A stretch of 64,000 bases of DNA from the NCBI GenBank assembly GCA_032128115.1, contig JAQBHB010000068.1, forward strand, positions 8,725 to 72,724. The letters run 5' to 3'. The notes under the pieces were generated by a model. It did no database searches, was not told the DNA's origin, and saw only the letters and a program-made list of their open reading frames with translations. This document shows, one piece after another, positions 28,567 to 38,356 of the stretch. This DNA comes from Deltaproteobacteria bacterium. Lineage in GTDB: Bacteria; Myxococcota_A; UBA9160; SMWR01. Each line of letters starts with the position of its first letter. The stretch's first letter is position 1. The position numbers and the translations under genes were made by a program.

Positions 28567-31461
28567 TCACTCGATCGGCGGCGCGTGCTCTTCACGAACC
28601 CGGCGCCGGGGGTAGGCGAGTTCGATACCGGCGTCGCGCAGACCGCGAACCACGGCCTCGTTCACCCTATGGCGGGCCTCGTTGGGTGAGATGCGGCTGG
28701 GGAGGATCCGGTAGCGCACCACGTACTGGACACCATTCTCCGTGGCCTTCTGGATCCGCACGCTGGGCGCCGGGTCCGAAATCACGGGCGCCTCGACGCC
28801 TTCGCAGAGCGACTTCAGCGCCGTCTTCATCACCTCCACCACCCGATCCAGCGCCACCGACTGGTCCACGGTGAAGAACAGCTCGAATCGGCTCATCTCA
28901 TGGGGCTGCATGAAGTTGGTGATGGTCTTCTCGGAGATGATTCCATTCGGGATCACGATCTGGGTATCGTCAGCCGTCTGCAGCCGCGTGGTCCGCCAGT
29001 TGATGTCGATCACCTTGCCCGTGACGCTGTCCGAGGGATCCGGCGTGCGCCCGTGGATCATCACCCAGTCGCCCACGCGAAAGGGCCGCTCCAGATTCAG
29101 GGCGACGCCTGCGAACAGATTCGTGATGTTGAGCTGCACCGCCAGGCCGATGATCATGGCGACCATGCCCGAGGTGGCCAGCAGGCCGGTGAGGCGATAG
29201 TCGTAGACGAAGGCGATGGCGCCGAAGACCGCCAGCAGGTAGATGACGAACGCCACCGTGTAACGCAGCAGGGTGGGGACCGGCCGGCCCGACTTCTGCT
29301 CGGCGGGCTGCCAGATGAAGCGCGTCACGGCCAGGTTCACCAGCACCGCAGGCACGGCCCACCACAGCAGATCGAATACGCGGGCGACACGGTTCAGCTG
29401 GTACGGCTCGGCGATCGCGCGCAGGCGATCGCCCAACAGGGGTTCGGCGGCCAGCAGGACGAGAAAGGCGAATACGGTCTGAAGCAGCCAGCGCAGGCGT
29501 GCGGAGCCGTGATCGCGCAGCACCAGCAGCAAGAAGGTCCCTACCAGGCCCACCACCAGCAGGCCGCGCTGCCAGGCCTGGGGGAGCAGGCCCCGCAGGT
29601 TCGACTGCGGCCTGACGATGGCGCCGATGGTGAGCTGCGAGAAGGGACGACCCGACGTCGGGCCACTCAGGTAGCTCGGATGTCCCATGGCGTGCTCGTC
29701 CACCGCGGTCTCGTAGAACACCAGGTCCGCCAGGGTCCAGTTGCCGCCATGACCCAGCAGCTTTCGGCCCCGCGCGATACGGTCTTCACGCGAGCGCTCG
29801 CGCCCCAGGTTCATCCCGACGGTGTCGATTGCAAAGACCAGGTCGTCACGGGTCCGGTTGCGGTGGTGGAGGTTCAGGGCCAGGGAGTGATGTCCGTAGC
29901 CGGCGTCGATGGTATCGGCCCGAAACAAACCGCGTACCGAGTAGCGACGATAGTGATCCTTGCCCTCGATCCGCTCCTCTTGCGGCTCTCCCAGCACGAT
30001 GGGTTCGGCGGCATTGGTGAACATCACGTCTTCGACGTCGCGATCGCCCTGGTGCCGGAACCAGATGTTGAAGTCCAGCTCGAACGTCCCGCTCTCGAAG
30101 TCCAGGGCGCCAAAGCGGCCGGCCAGCACGCCTACCCGGGCCACGTCGGTGCGGTAGAAGACACGGTTGCCCAGGGTCACGACACGATTCGGGTCGTATC
30201 GCTCGTCGATCTCATCCGCTCTCGTCACCCCGGGCAGCAGACGCAGCTGACCGAACGCGGACACGATCTCGCCGCTCAGGAATCGCCCCATGGAAACCGG
30301 CTTCTCGGCGTCACCCAGCGCGTCGAACCAGGTGGGGCCCGTCACCCCGTCCAATGGATCCAGCGGCCCGATCGAGGCCAGGGCGTCCCGCAGCGCCTGG
30401 CGATCGCTCTCGATCGAGTCGGCGCGGGGCGACAGATTGGCTCGACGCAGCCCCTCCACCAGCGCGCCAGCGGCGTCGGCGGCGAAGGCCGAATACCACA
30501 CCGGAGCCTCGCCGTAGCGCGCCAGGTAGTCCTGGAGGAAGACACCGGCGCGCTTGCCCACGGCATCGAACAGGAACGGCGTGCTGGCGTAGATCCCGTC
30601 CGTGTAGGCGCCCGGCCGGTAGCGCTCCTGGGGAAAGTCGCGAAAGCCCTCGGCGAAGGCCTGGGAGGCGAGAGCGTCGCTCACCAGGATCACGCCCTCG
30701 AAGGAGGCATCGCGAAGGCGCTTCACCAGCTTCACGCCGGGCCCCGGTTGCATGGCCAGCACCAGCGCCTCAAGCCCGACCTGCCCCATCACCTGGGCCA
30801 CGATCTGGTCCAGGCGTGAGTCGAGCTGGGGGCCGTCCGGCTCGAATTCCCAGGCGCCCGCCAGCGACAGACCCAGCTCCGGGGCCGTCTCGTCGATCAC
30901 CTGCGCCAGGTAGGCCCCGTAGGCATCCGATCCGTGGATCAGGCCGACGCGCTCGAGGGCCAACACCTCCTTCAGGTACAGGACGATGAATCTCCCCTGG
31001 GCCCGGTCGTTGAAGATGGTCCGGAAATACCAGGGATTGTCCCGGGTGACCGCCACGTGGGTGGCGGCCGATGAGATGGCGGGAATACCCCGCTCCTGGT
31101 AGATGCGGCCCGCCGCGATCGACAGGGTGCTGTAGTTGTGACCGATCACGGCCACCGTTTCGGCCTGATCGGCGATCACCGGAGCATTGGCGACCGCAAG
31201 CTCCACCTGGTTCTGATCGTCGTAGACGTCGAGCGCCAGGGGGCGTCCCGCAATCCCGCCCTCGGCATTCACCTGCTCGAAGATCAGCTCGACGGCGCGC
31301 AGACCGGCGACGCCGTCTCTGGCGCTCGGCCCGGTGACGGGGCCCGCGTAGGCCACCCGGATCGGCGTCCCCCGCGCGCCCGAACTGTCGTACCAGAATG
31401 CGAGTGCGGCGGCCCCCGCCACCACGCCCACCACGGCCAAACCCATGCGCCCGGAAACCAC
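28567..31461 (-). CDS. Fusion of a type I (LivJ-like) periplasmic binding protein, an extracytoplasmic beta domain and an MscS mechanosensitive channel
   Basis: N-terminal AGPVTG, GGIAGR, YDDQ, VIGHNYS, WYFRT, DGVTG. C-terminal GLAVQ..ITNLFAG..L.LERPFRVGDWV, G.V..INWRTT, IVIPN. Confidence 0.85.
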   Translation of the reverse strand: MVSGRMGLAVVGVVAGAAALAFWYDSSGARGTPIRVAYAGPVTGPSARDGVAGLRAVELIFEQVNAEGGIAGRPLALDVYDDQNQVELAVANAPVIADQAETVAVIGHNYSTLSIAAGRIYQERGIPAISSAATHVAVTRDNPWYFRTIFNDRAQGRFIVLYLKEVLALERVGLIHGSDAYGAYLAQVIDETAPELGLSLAGAWEFEPDGPQLDSRLDQIVAQVMGQVGLEALVLAMQPGPGVKLVKRLRDASFEGVILVSDALASQAFAEGFRDFPQERYRPGAYTDGIYASTPFLFDAVGKRAGVFLQDYLARYGEAPVWYSAFAADAAGALVEGLRRANLSPRADSIESDRQALRDALASIGPLDPLDGVTGPTWFDALGDAEKPVSMGRFLSGEIVSAFGQLRLLPGVTRADEIDERYDPNRVVTLGNRVFYRTDVARVGVLAGRFGALDFESGTFELDFNIWFRHQGDRDVEDVMFTNAAEPIVLGEPQEERIEGKDHYRRYSVRGLFRADTIDAGYGHHSLALNLHHRNRTRDDLVFAIDTVGMNLGRERSREDRIARGRKLLGHGGNWTLADLVFYETAVDEHAMGHPSYLSGPTSGRPFSQLTIGAIVRPQSNLRGLLPQAWQRGLLVVGLVGTFLLLVLRDHGSARLRWLLQTVFAFLVLLAAEPLLGDRLRAIAEPYQLNRVARVFDLLWWAVPAVLVNLAVTRFIWQPAEQKSGRPVPTLLRYTVAFVIYLLAVFGAIAFVYDYRLTGLLATSGMVAMIIGLAVQLNITNLFAGVALNLERPFRVGDWVMIHGRTPDPSDSVTGKVIDINWRTTRLQTADDTQIVIPNGIISEKTITNFMQPHEMSRFELFFTVDQSVALDRVVEVMKTALKSLCEGVEAPVISDPAPSVRIQKATENGVQYVVRYRILPSRISPNEARHRVNEAVVRGLRDAGIELAYPRRRVREEHAPPIE

Positions 31462-31521
31462 GGGCCGGAGGTTCGCTCGTAGCCGGGTCGCGTGCCAGCA
31501 GGGGGGCGGAGCCGCAGCGCG

Positions 31522-32991
31522 CTAGAAACGCGCGATCTCGTAATCGGAGGCCGCGAAACGGCGGGCACGCAGACTGTACTCGGCGGCAAAACCCGGGTAG
31601 AGCGAGTGGTTGCTGCCATCGTCTGACAGATACCAGCTTTGGCAGCCCGACCCCCACACCATGTACTTCATGCGCCCCTGGATTCCGCGGTTGTAGCGGT
31701 CCTGGATTTCCTGGCGGACGTCCAGGAACTTCAGACCCTCGTACCGCAGCTTCCGGATCGCCCGGACCGCGTGGGCGATCTGGGCCTCGCTGAAGACCAG
31801 CACCGAGGTGTGGCCCGGCCCGGTGTTGGGTCCCATCAGGATGAACCAGTTCGGGAAGCCCGAGACCGTCATGCCCTTGTAGGCGACGGCGCCGTCCTTC
31901 CAGGCCTGGTCGAGGGTCCGGCCGCCGCGACCGGTCACGGGAAAGGGCGCCGTTGCCAGCCCCAGCGCGAAGCCGGTGGCGAGCACGATCGCGTCCACCG
32001 GGCGGAACGCCCCATCCCGGGTCTCGATCCCCGTGCTGCGAATCTCCTCGATGGAGTCCGTCACCAACTCCACGTTCTCGCGCTCGAACGCCGCCCAGTA
32101 GTCGTCCGAGATCAGGATCCGCTTGCACCCGAACTGGAAGCTCGGCGTGAGTCGCGCCCGCAGGTCGGGATCCTCCACCTGGGCCCGGAGGTGCGCGAGC
32201 GACATCCACTCACCCGCAGCAGACAGGCGCTTCGAATCCAGAAACACCATGGGCCCGAAGATCTCGCTCAGCCAATACTTGACCAGGCGGCTTCCGCGGA
32301 GAAGGAGTGGAAATCGGGCGAGGCGCTGCAGGGTCTCACGGGAGTAGGCCTTGTCGCGCTTCGGCACTACCCAGGCCGGCGTTCGCTGGAAGACCTGGAG
32401 CTTCGCCACCTGGGGCGCGATCGAGGGCACCACCTGCACGGCACTGGCCCCGGTGCCGATCACGGCCACGCGCCGACCCGCGAGATCGTAATCGTGGTTC
32501 CAGCGCGCCGTGTGGAAGAGCTCCCCGGTGAAGCTCTGGATGCCCTTGATGTCGGGAATCGACGGATCTACGAGCCCGCCCACGGCCGCGATCACGAAGC
32601 GGGCCGTGAAGACTTCGTCGTTCCCCGTGGTGAGGCGCCAGCTGCCGGCCTCCTCGTCGAAGCGCGCGTCGACGATCCCGGTCCCGAGTCGCAGGTGCGA
32701 GCGGAGCTGCCACTTCTCGACCAGACCCAACAGATAGTCCTGGATCTCGTGGGACTCCGAGAAGCGACGGCTCCATGTTGCGTTGGGTTCGAACGACAGC
32801 GAGTACACGTGGGAGGGCACGTCGCAGGCGGCCCCCGGATAGGTGTTGTCGCGCCAGGTGCCCCCGATCTCGTCCGCTCGCTCGAAGATCGTGAACGAAT
32901 CGATGCCCGCCTTGCGCAGCTGGATCGCGGCGCCGATGCCACCGATGCCCGCGCCCAGGATCGCGATGGGAAAGTCATCCCTGCCCGTCAT
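31522..32991 (-). CDS. Baeyer-Villiger-type flavin monooxygenase
   Basis: GAGIGG, GGTWRDNTYPGAACD, fingerprint FTGELFHTARW, GTGASA, ATGF. Confidence 0.93.
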   Translation of the reverse strand: MTGRDDFPIAILGAGIGGIGAAIQLRKAGIDSFTIFERADEIGGTWRDNTYPGAACDVPSHVYSLSFEPNATWSRRFSESHEIQDYLLGLVEKWQLRSHLRLGTGIVDARFDEEAGSWRLTTGNDEVFTARFVIAAVGGLVDPSIPDIKGIQSFTGELFHTARWNHDYDLAGRRVAVIGTGASAVQVVPSIAPQVAKLQVFQRTPAWVVPKRDKAYSRETLQRLARFPLLLRGSRLVKYWLSEIFGPMVFLDSKRLSAAGEWMSLAHLRAQVEDPDLRARLTPSFQFGCKRILISDDYWAAFERENVELVTDSIEEIRSTGIETRDGAFRPVDAIVLATGFALGLATAPFPVTGRGGRTLDQAWKDGAVAYKGMTVSGFPNWFILMGPNTGPGHTSVLVFSEAQIAHAVRAIRKLRYEGLKFLDVRQEIQDRYNRGIQGRMKYMVWGSGCQSWYLSDDGSNHSLYPGFAAEYSLRARRFAASDYEIARF

Positions 32992-33045
32992 CGCCCCCAG
33001 GGTGCCGCCTTTGGGCGACAGGCGCGACCACGCTCTTCGCGGGGC

Positions 33046-33990
33046 TCAGACCCCCGACTTGAGGATGCCCTCGAGCCAATCGGCAGTCCTGCGAATGCCC
33101 TCCGCCAGCGGCGTTCGATCGCTCCAGCCCAGGCGATCCGCGGCGGCGGAGCTGTCCAGCTCGAGACGCGGAACGTCGAACTTCCGGCGCTCCCGATGCT
33201 CCACCCGGACCCGGACGTTCAGCACCTCTTCCAGCACGCTCACCAGCTCGAGCAGGGTGTAGCCCCGCGCCCCAGCCAGGTTGAAGGTCATGTCGCCCGC
33301 GAACGGGATCTCCATGGCGTTGATCAGCGGCGACATCATGTCGCCCACGTAGAAGTAGTCGCGCAGCGACTGCCCTTCGCCCCAGATCCTGACGGGCTTT
33401 CCCTGAAGCGTCCGGTGGGTGAATACCGTGACGGCCCCCTGGCGCCGATTCGGATCCTGGCGGGGCCCATAGGGCACCGAGGGCCGCAGGATCGCGTACT
33501 CGAGTCCGTGCAGCTCCCGGTACATCCGCAGGTATTTCTCGGCGGCGAGCTTGGTGATGCCGTAGGGGCTGATGGGGTGTGTCGGATGCTCTTCGCTGAC
33601 CGGATTCGTGCGCGGCAAGCCGTAGACCGCACCTCCCGAAGACAGGAACAGGACCCGGCGCACCTGCGCGTCGCGGCACGCGTCCAGGAGCCCCACCAGG
33701 GGAACCAGGTTCCTCTCGATATCGGCCGTCTGGTTCAGGATCGCCGTCTCGCTGATCGACGACCAGGCGGCGTGGTAGACGACCTCGATCTCGTGGTCGG
33801 CCAGCAGGCACCCGAGCAGGTTCGCATCGCGCACGTCGCCCTGCACGAACGTCACCGCCACGGGCAGGACGTCGTAGGGGCGGGGCCGCGTGCCCAGCAC
33901 CAGCACCTCATGCTTGCCGCAAGCCGCCAGGGCGTCCACCAGGTGGGACCCGATGAAGCCGTTGCCACCCGTAACCAGGACGCGGCTCAT
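33046..33990 (-). CDS. NAD-dependent epimerase/dehydratase (UDP-glucose 4-epimerase-like)
   Basis: TGGNGFIGS, SSGGAVYG, YGITK, YGPRQ, RDYFYV; ATG overlaps the upstream stop. Confidence 0.9.
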   Translation of the reverse strand: MSRVLVTGGNGFIGSHLVDALAACGKHEVLVLGTRPRPYDVLPVAVTFVQGDVRDANLLGCLLADHEIEVVYHAAWSSISETAILNQTADIERNLVPLVGLLDACRDAQVRRVLFLSSGGAVYGLPRTNPVSEEHPTHPISPYGITKLAAEKYLRMYRELHGLEYAILRPSVPYGPRQDPNRRQGAVTVFTHRTLQGKPVRIWGEGQSLRDYFYVGDMMSPLINAMEIPFAGDMTFNLAGARGYTLLELVSVLEEVLNVRVRVEHRERRKFDVPRLELDSSAAADRLGWSDRTPLAEGIRRTADWLEGILKSGV

Positions 33991-35162
33991 CGTCCCCACC
34001 GGGCCAGGGCGCGTCGGTACACGTCCATGAGCATCTCGTGATTCTTCTCGGCCGTGTAGCGATCCAGGTATTCGGCACGCGCGGCAGCCCGCATCTTCGC
34101 CCGCTCGTCGGGATGCTCGAACAGCCAGGAAGCGCGCTCGGCCAGGTGTCCGGCGTCTCCCGTGCGGAAATGGAGACCGTCCAGGCCGTCGTGAACCACG
34201 TCGGCCATGGCCCCCACGTCGCTGGCCAGGACGGGCGTCCCCACCGCGTAGCTGTCCACGAGGATGCGCGGCAGAGCCTCGTACCATTGGGACGGGCAGA
34301 TCAGGAACGCCGCGCGCTTGAGAAGCGCGTACATCTCGGAAAGCGTCTTACGCCCCAGCCACTCGATTCCGGGGTGGCGCGCGGCCGCCTGCTCGACCTC
34401 GGGAGCCATGCGACCGTCGCCCAGGATCAGGAGTGAACGGCCATCGGGCAACCGGGACCACGCCTCGAGCAACGTCGCCACCCCCTTCTCCGGCGTCAGG
34501 CGCCCGGCGAACAGCGCGTAGCCCCCGCCCCCGTCTCCTTCACCCGGATCCGGAAACACGAAGTTCGGCTTGAGAACGAGTCGATCCACCGGGATGCCCC
34601 CGGCGCGGAACTTCTCGCGCACGAAGCCCGTCATGCCGGCCACGTAGATGTCGACCGTTCGCCTCCAGGTGCCGAGCAGGCGGTGCCCCACCAGCATGGA
34701 AGCCACCACGGCGCTGGCCGCGCGGTCGTCCCGGTAGCACTTGTGGAGCACGCCATTCCATGGAACGAACTTTCCCAGACAGTCCTCGCAGATCCGCCCC
34801 TCCCGATAGAAGAGTGCGTTGGGACACATCAAGCGGTAGTTGTGAAGCGACTGCACCACGGGACAGCCCTCGGCGCGCGCCGCGTAATAGACCGAGGGCG
34901 AGAGCAGCGGAAAGGTGTTGTAGAAATGGACCACGTCCGGGCGCTCGCGACGGATCAGGCGCCGAATGTGACGATGGCTCTCTCGATTCCAGAGCGTGTC
35001 CGCCGCCAGCCGGGCGCGGCCCATCTCGGCGATGCCATCGCTGTGAACCGCGTAGCGCAGCACCTGGTGGCCGAAGGACTCGAGCAGGGCGGATTCGGCC
35101 GCGAAGACCTCGTCCTCGCCGCCCGCCTGCTGGTAGTGGTTGTGGCAGAGCAGCAGCTTCAT
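33987..35162 (-). CDS. Glycosyltransferase family 4
   Basis: HNHYQQAGGED, LHNYRLMC, AGRLTPEKG, PSQWYE; GGAG RBS before MKLLLC. Confidence 0.92.
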   Translation of the reverse strand: MKLLLCHNHYQQAGGEDEVFAAESALLESFGHQVLRYAVHSDGIAEMGRARLAADTLWNRESHRHIRRLIRRERPDVVHFYNTFPLLSPSVYYAARAEGCPVVQSLHNYRLMCPNALFYREGRICEDCLGKFVPWNGVLHKCYRDDRAASAVVASMLVGHRLLGTWRRTVDIYVAGMTGFVREKFRAGGIPVDRLVLKPNFVFPDPGEGDGGGGYALFAGRLTPEKGVATLLEAWSRLPDGRSLLILGDGRMAPEVEQAAARHPGIEWLGRKTLSEMYALLKRAAFLICPSQWYEALPRILVDSYAVGTPVLASDVGAMADVVHDGLDGLHFRTGDAGHLAERASWLFEHPDERAKMRAAARAEYLDRYTAEKNHEMLMDVYRRALARWGR

Positions 35163-35287
35163 GGCGGTCTCCCCGCCTGATCGACGCGGGGGCACCCCCA
35201 CTTGACTGGGGCCGGGATCGGGTGTGTGGGAAAAAGCCCACTTTGTGGCCTCCGCTATGCTGGTGCCGCGGACGCGAAGGGAATGCG

Positions 35288-36133
35288 ATGGCAACGAGCG
35301 ACGGGGTCCGCGGCTTCTGTCTGGGCATCCTGGAATCGGGCGATCTGGACTCCAAGCTCGCCCCGCCGCCGCGCGACCTGGAATTCGAATCCGGGATCGA
35401 GCGGCCAGTCCACATCGATCATCCCCGGCGCTTGCCCGGGCTGCGCATGCAGGGCGGCGCCCCGCGCTTGCCCCGTCCCGGCGAACTCGGGGATTCCCGG
35501 GCGCGCATCGATTGTCTGGCGCGCTTCGCCCACCACGAGCTGATGGCGGTGGAGCTGTTCGCCTGGGCGCTGCTGCGCTGGCCCGACCTGCCCGCTGCGT
35601 TGCGGTCCGGCTTCGTCCACGTGCTGGCCGAAGAACAGACGCATTGCCGTCTCTACGTGGAGCGCATCCAGGCTCTGGGCTCGCACCTGCACGAGCACGT
35701 CCACTCGGACTACTTCTGGAAGCACGCTCCGGCCATCGCGGCGTCGCCCCACGGTGCCCGCGCGTTCCTCTGCGCCATGGGGCTCACGCTCGAGCAGGCC
35801 AACCTGGACTTCGCGGGCCTGTATCGCGACGCCTTCCGGAACGCCGGCGACGAGGCGAGCGCGCGGATCTGCCAGCGGGTGTTCGACGACGAGGTAACGC
35901 ACGTTGCGCTTGCCGCACGCTGGATGCGACGCCTGCGGCCCGGCCGCGACGACGTGGAGGCCTATACCGAGGCCGTTCCCTATCCCCTTTCCGCCGCGCG
36001 CGCCAAGGGCAAGCGGTTCGACGCGCCTGCGCGCCGTCGCGCCGGTCTCAGCCCGGACTTCATCGATCACGTGCGCCGCGCGCGATCGACCCAGGAGCTC
36101 GCGGGGGAGCGCAATCGCCCCCTCGACCGATGA
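35288..36133 (+). CDS. DUF455 ferritin-like di-iron protein
   Basis: FAHHELMAVEL, EEQTH, LEQANLD, DEVTHV, R..AG. Confidence 0.85.
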   Translation: MATSDGVRGFCLGILESGDLDSKLAPPPRDLEFESGIERPVHIDHPRRLPGLRMQGGAPRLPRPGELGDSRARIDCLARFAHHELMAVELFAWALLRWPDLPAALRSGFVHVLAEEQTHCRLYVERIQALGSHLHEHVHSDYFWKHAPAIAASPHGARAFLCAMGLTLEQANLDFAGLYRDAFRNAGDEASARICQRVFDDEVTHVALAARWMRRLRPGRDDVEAYTEAVPYPLSAARAKGKRFDAPARRRAGLSPDFIDHVRRARSTQELAGERNRPLDR

Positions 36134-37368
36134 CCGGACACCCGCTTCTGATCCCCAACATCGCTGCCGAAGAAGGGTCCGATTGGACGCGCCGGCGGGA
36201 TCAGCCGGTGGTGCAGGCTGTGGTGTCTACCTGGCGGCTGCTGTTCGAGGCCGGTTCGGAGATCCTGGGCGAGCGCAGCACCGGGGCCTGGCCCCGCGAC
36301 CTGGGGGGGCCGGCCGCGGCGCCCGTGTTCGCATGGCTCGACGCCGGCGGCGCCGCTACGGCGTGGCTCAACACCTCGCAGGCCGTGCAGTTGGCAGCCG
36401 ACCACGGCCGGGAACTCTGCGGTCCCGCACCCGGGGTGGTGGCCCGGGTTCACGACAAGGCCTTCGCACTCGAGATCGCCGTTCGCGAGGGGCTGGTCCC
36501 CCCGCTCCTGCGCGACTGCAGCTTCGTCTTCGAACCCAGCGATCTCACGGCCCGCGACGCGCCGGCCCGGATCGAGGCCGCGTTGGCGGGCTGGCCGGCG
36601 TGGGCGCGTCGGCGCTTCACGCTGAAGCCGCGCTTCGGAAGCAGTGGTCGCGGGCGTGTCGCCGGCCGAGACGGGCGCAGCGATGATCCGGCCCTGGCTG
36701 CCGCCCTGCCCCGTCTGGCCGGCTGCGGCGGCGCCCTGCTCGAGCCCTGGCTTGAACGGATCGAGGATCTCTCCGCCCAGATCCACCTGCACCCGGATCC
36801 GACCCGGGCCGTGGTGCTGCTGGGCACCACCCGCCAGGTGCTGGCGCCGTCCGGGGTGTATCGCGGCCAGCGCGGAATTCTCGACTCCAAGGGCCGGATC
36901 GTCTCGGGAAGCGACCACGACGAGGACCTGCGCGAGGCCGCGGTGACCGTGGCCGCCGCCGCACGCGAGCGCGGATTCTCGGGCCCGTGCGGCCTGGACG
37001 CCTTCTCCTTTCGCGACGCCCTGGGCGGGACCCACCTGCGACCCGTGGTCGAATTCAACGCGCGCTTCACCCTGGGCACCGTGGCCATCGGGATCGCCCG
37101 GCGGGCGCTGGCACGGATCCGCCACCAGCTGGGACTCGCACCCGGGGAGCGCCGGCCATTTTTTTTCGGTCTGGACGCTCCACCGGGAGGCTGGCCCGAG
37201 GAAGCCAGCTCGCCCGAGCACCTGCTGGTCTCGCTCACGGCACCGGCGAGCGCGTCGCGCCCCGCCCTGCTGGTGGCCTCCGACGACACGGCTCTCGATC
37301 GCCTGCTCGCATCGTCACCCCGCGAATCCAGGCAACCCGCTCCTCGCCGCGGCGGGGGGTCGGGCTAG
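36130..37368 (+). CDS. ATP-grasp-fold protein
   Basis: HDKAF, LKPRFGSSGRG, LEPWL....DLS, GPCGLDA, VEFNARFT; ATGA overlap with the DUF455 stop. Confidence 0.75.
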   Translation: MTGHPLLIPNIAAEEGSDWTRRRDQPVVQAVVSTWRLLFEAGSEILGERSTGAWPRDLGGPAAAPVFAWLDAGGAATAWLNTSQAVQLAADHGRELCGPAPGVVARVHDKAFALEIAVREGLVPPLLRDCSFVFEPSDLTARDAPARIEAALAGWPAWARRRFTLKPRFGSSGRGRVAGRDGRSDDPALAAALPRLAGCGGALLEPWLERIEDLSAQIHLHPDPTRAVVLLGTTRQVLAPSGVYRGQRGILDSKGRIVSGSDHDEDLREAAVTVAAAARERGFSGPCGLDAFSFRDALGGTHLRPVVEFNARFTLGTVAIGIARRALARIRHQLGLAPGERRPFFFGLDAPPGGWPEEASSPEHLLVSLTAPASASRPALLVASDDTALDRLLASSPRESRQPAPRRGGGSG

Positions 37369-37377
37369 AATCGCGCC

Positions 37378-38340
37378 GTACCGGCCCCCCGCCCCGCCCA
37401 GCCCGAGACCCCCCCGCGCGACGCGTTCGCCATCCAGCGCGCGCAGGTTTCCGATGGCATGCATCTGGCCTACCTGCACGAGGGCGTTGGCGGCTATCCG
37501 CTGCTCCTGATCCACGGCTACCCGGAGACCAAGCGCATCTGGTGGCGCAACGTGAAGCCGCTGGCGGAAGCGGGCTACGAGGTCATCGTGCCCGACCTGC
37601 GCGGCTACGGCGATTCCGACCTCTCGGAGAAGGACGAGTACGACCTGGTCCTCTACTCCCGCGACCTGTATGCGCTGGTGCACGATGTCCTGGGCCACGA
37701 GCGCTGCAGCCTGCTGGGCGGCGACGTGGGAGGCGTCGTGATGTGCGACATGGCGAATCGCTTTCCGGGCTTCGTCGATCGCATGATCCTGTTCAACACG
37801 GTGGCGCCGATCGTCCCGGAAGCGGCGGACTGGTACGCCGCCCACGGACTCTCCCTCTTGCCGCTCGAGGACGGCCCCACCGGCGACTACCGCATCCGCC
37901 AGGGCCGCGACTGGCGCGATCTGCTGGAGGATCTGGACACGCCCGCTCGAAGGCGCCGCTACGTACGCGATTTCTACGAGCACCGCCTGCTCGCGTCCCC
38001 CGGCTCCTTCGACGAAGACGGCTTCGACTTCATGGTGGAGCCCTTCGAGGATGCGAGTCGGCTCGCTGCCGGCTGGGCGCCCTATCAGCTGCAGTACGGC
38101 CGCCCCATGAGCGAGCCCCCCCTGTTTGCCCAGGCCGTGCAGGTGCCCACGCTGATCCTCTACGGACCGGACGACCGGGTCGTTCCTGACGACTTTCCGA
38201 AACGCTGCGAGATCGCCTTCCCCAACCGGGTGGGGCCGCTCGTGATTCCCGAATGCGGCCACTTTCTGCAGTGGGAACGCGCCGACGTCCTGAATCAGGT
38301 GGCCAGGTTCTATTTCGCAGACCTGAAGTCCGATCGATGA
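37378..38340 (+). CDS. Alpha/beta hydrolase (epoxide hydrolase/dehalogenase-like)
   Basis: IHGYPE, PDLRGYGDS, GGDVGG, GHFLQWE. The first ATG is at 37459, but the frame is open and protein-like back to a GTA at 37378; start uncertain. Confidence 0.88.
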   Translation, partial: VPAPRPAQPETPPRDAFAIQRAQVSDGMHLAYLHEGVGGYPLLLIHGYPETKRIWWRNVKPLAEAGYEVIVPDLRGYGDSDLSEKDEYDLVLYSRDLYALVHDVLGHERCSLLGGDVGGVVMCDMANRFPGFVDRMILFNTVAPIVPEAADWYAAHGLSLLPLEDGPTGDYRIRQGRDWRDLLEDLDTPARRRRYVRDFYEHRLLASPGSFDEDGFDFMVEPFEDASRLAAGWAPYQLQYGRPMSEPPLFAQAVQVPTLILYGPDDRVVPDDFPKRCEIAFPNRVGPLVIPECGHFLQWERADVLNQVARFYFADLKSDR

Positions 38341-38356
38341 AGCAGGGAGAACGCTG

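Noticed and set aside
31639..34041. 800-aa + strand ORF, and the similar 42350-44836 ORF
   Set aside because: Antisense mirrors of genes with clear motifs (BVMO/epimerase and MutS-like).
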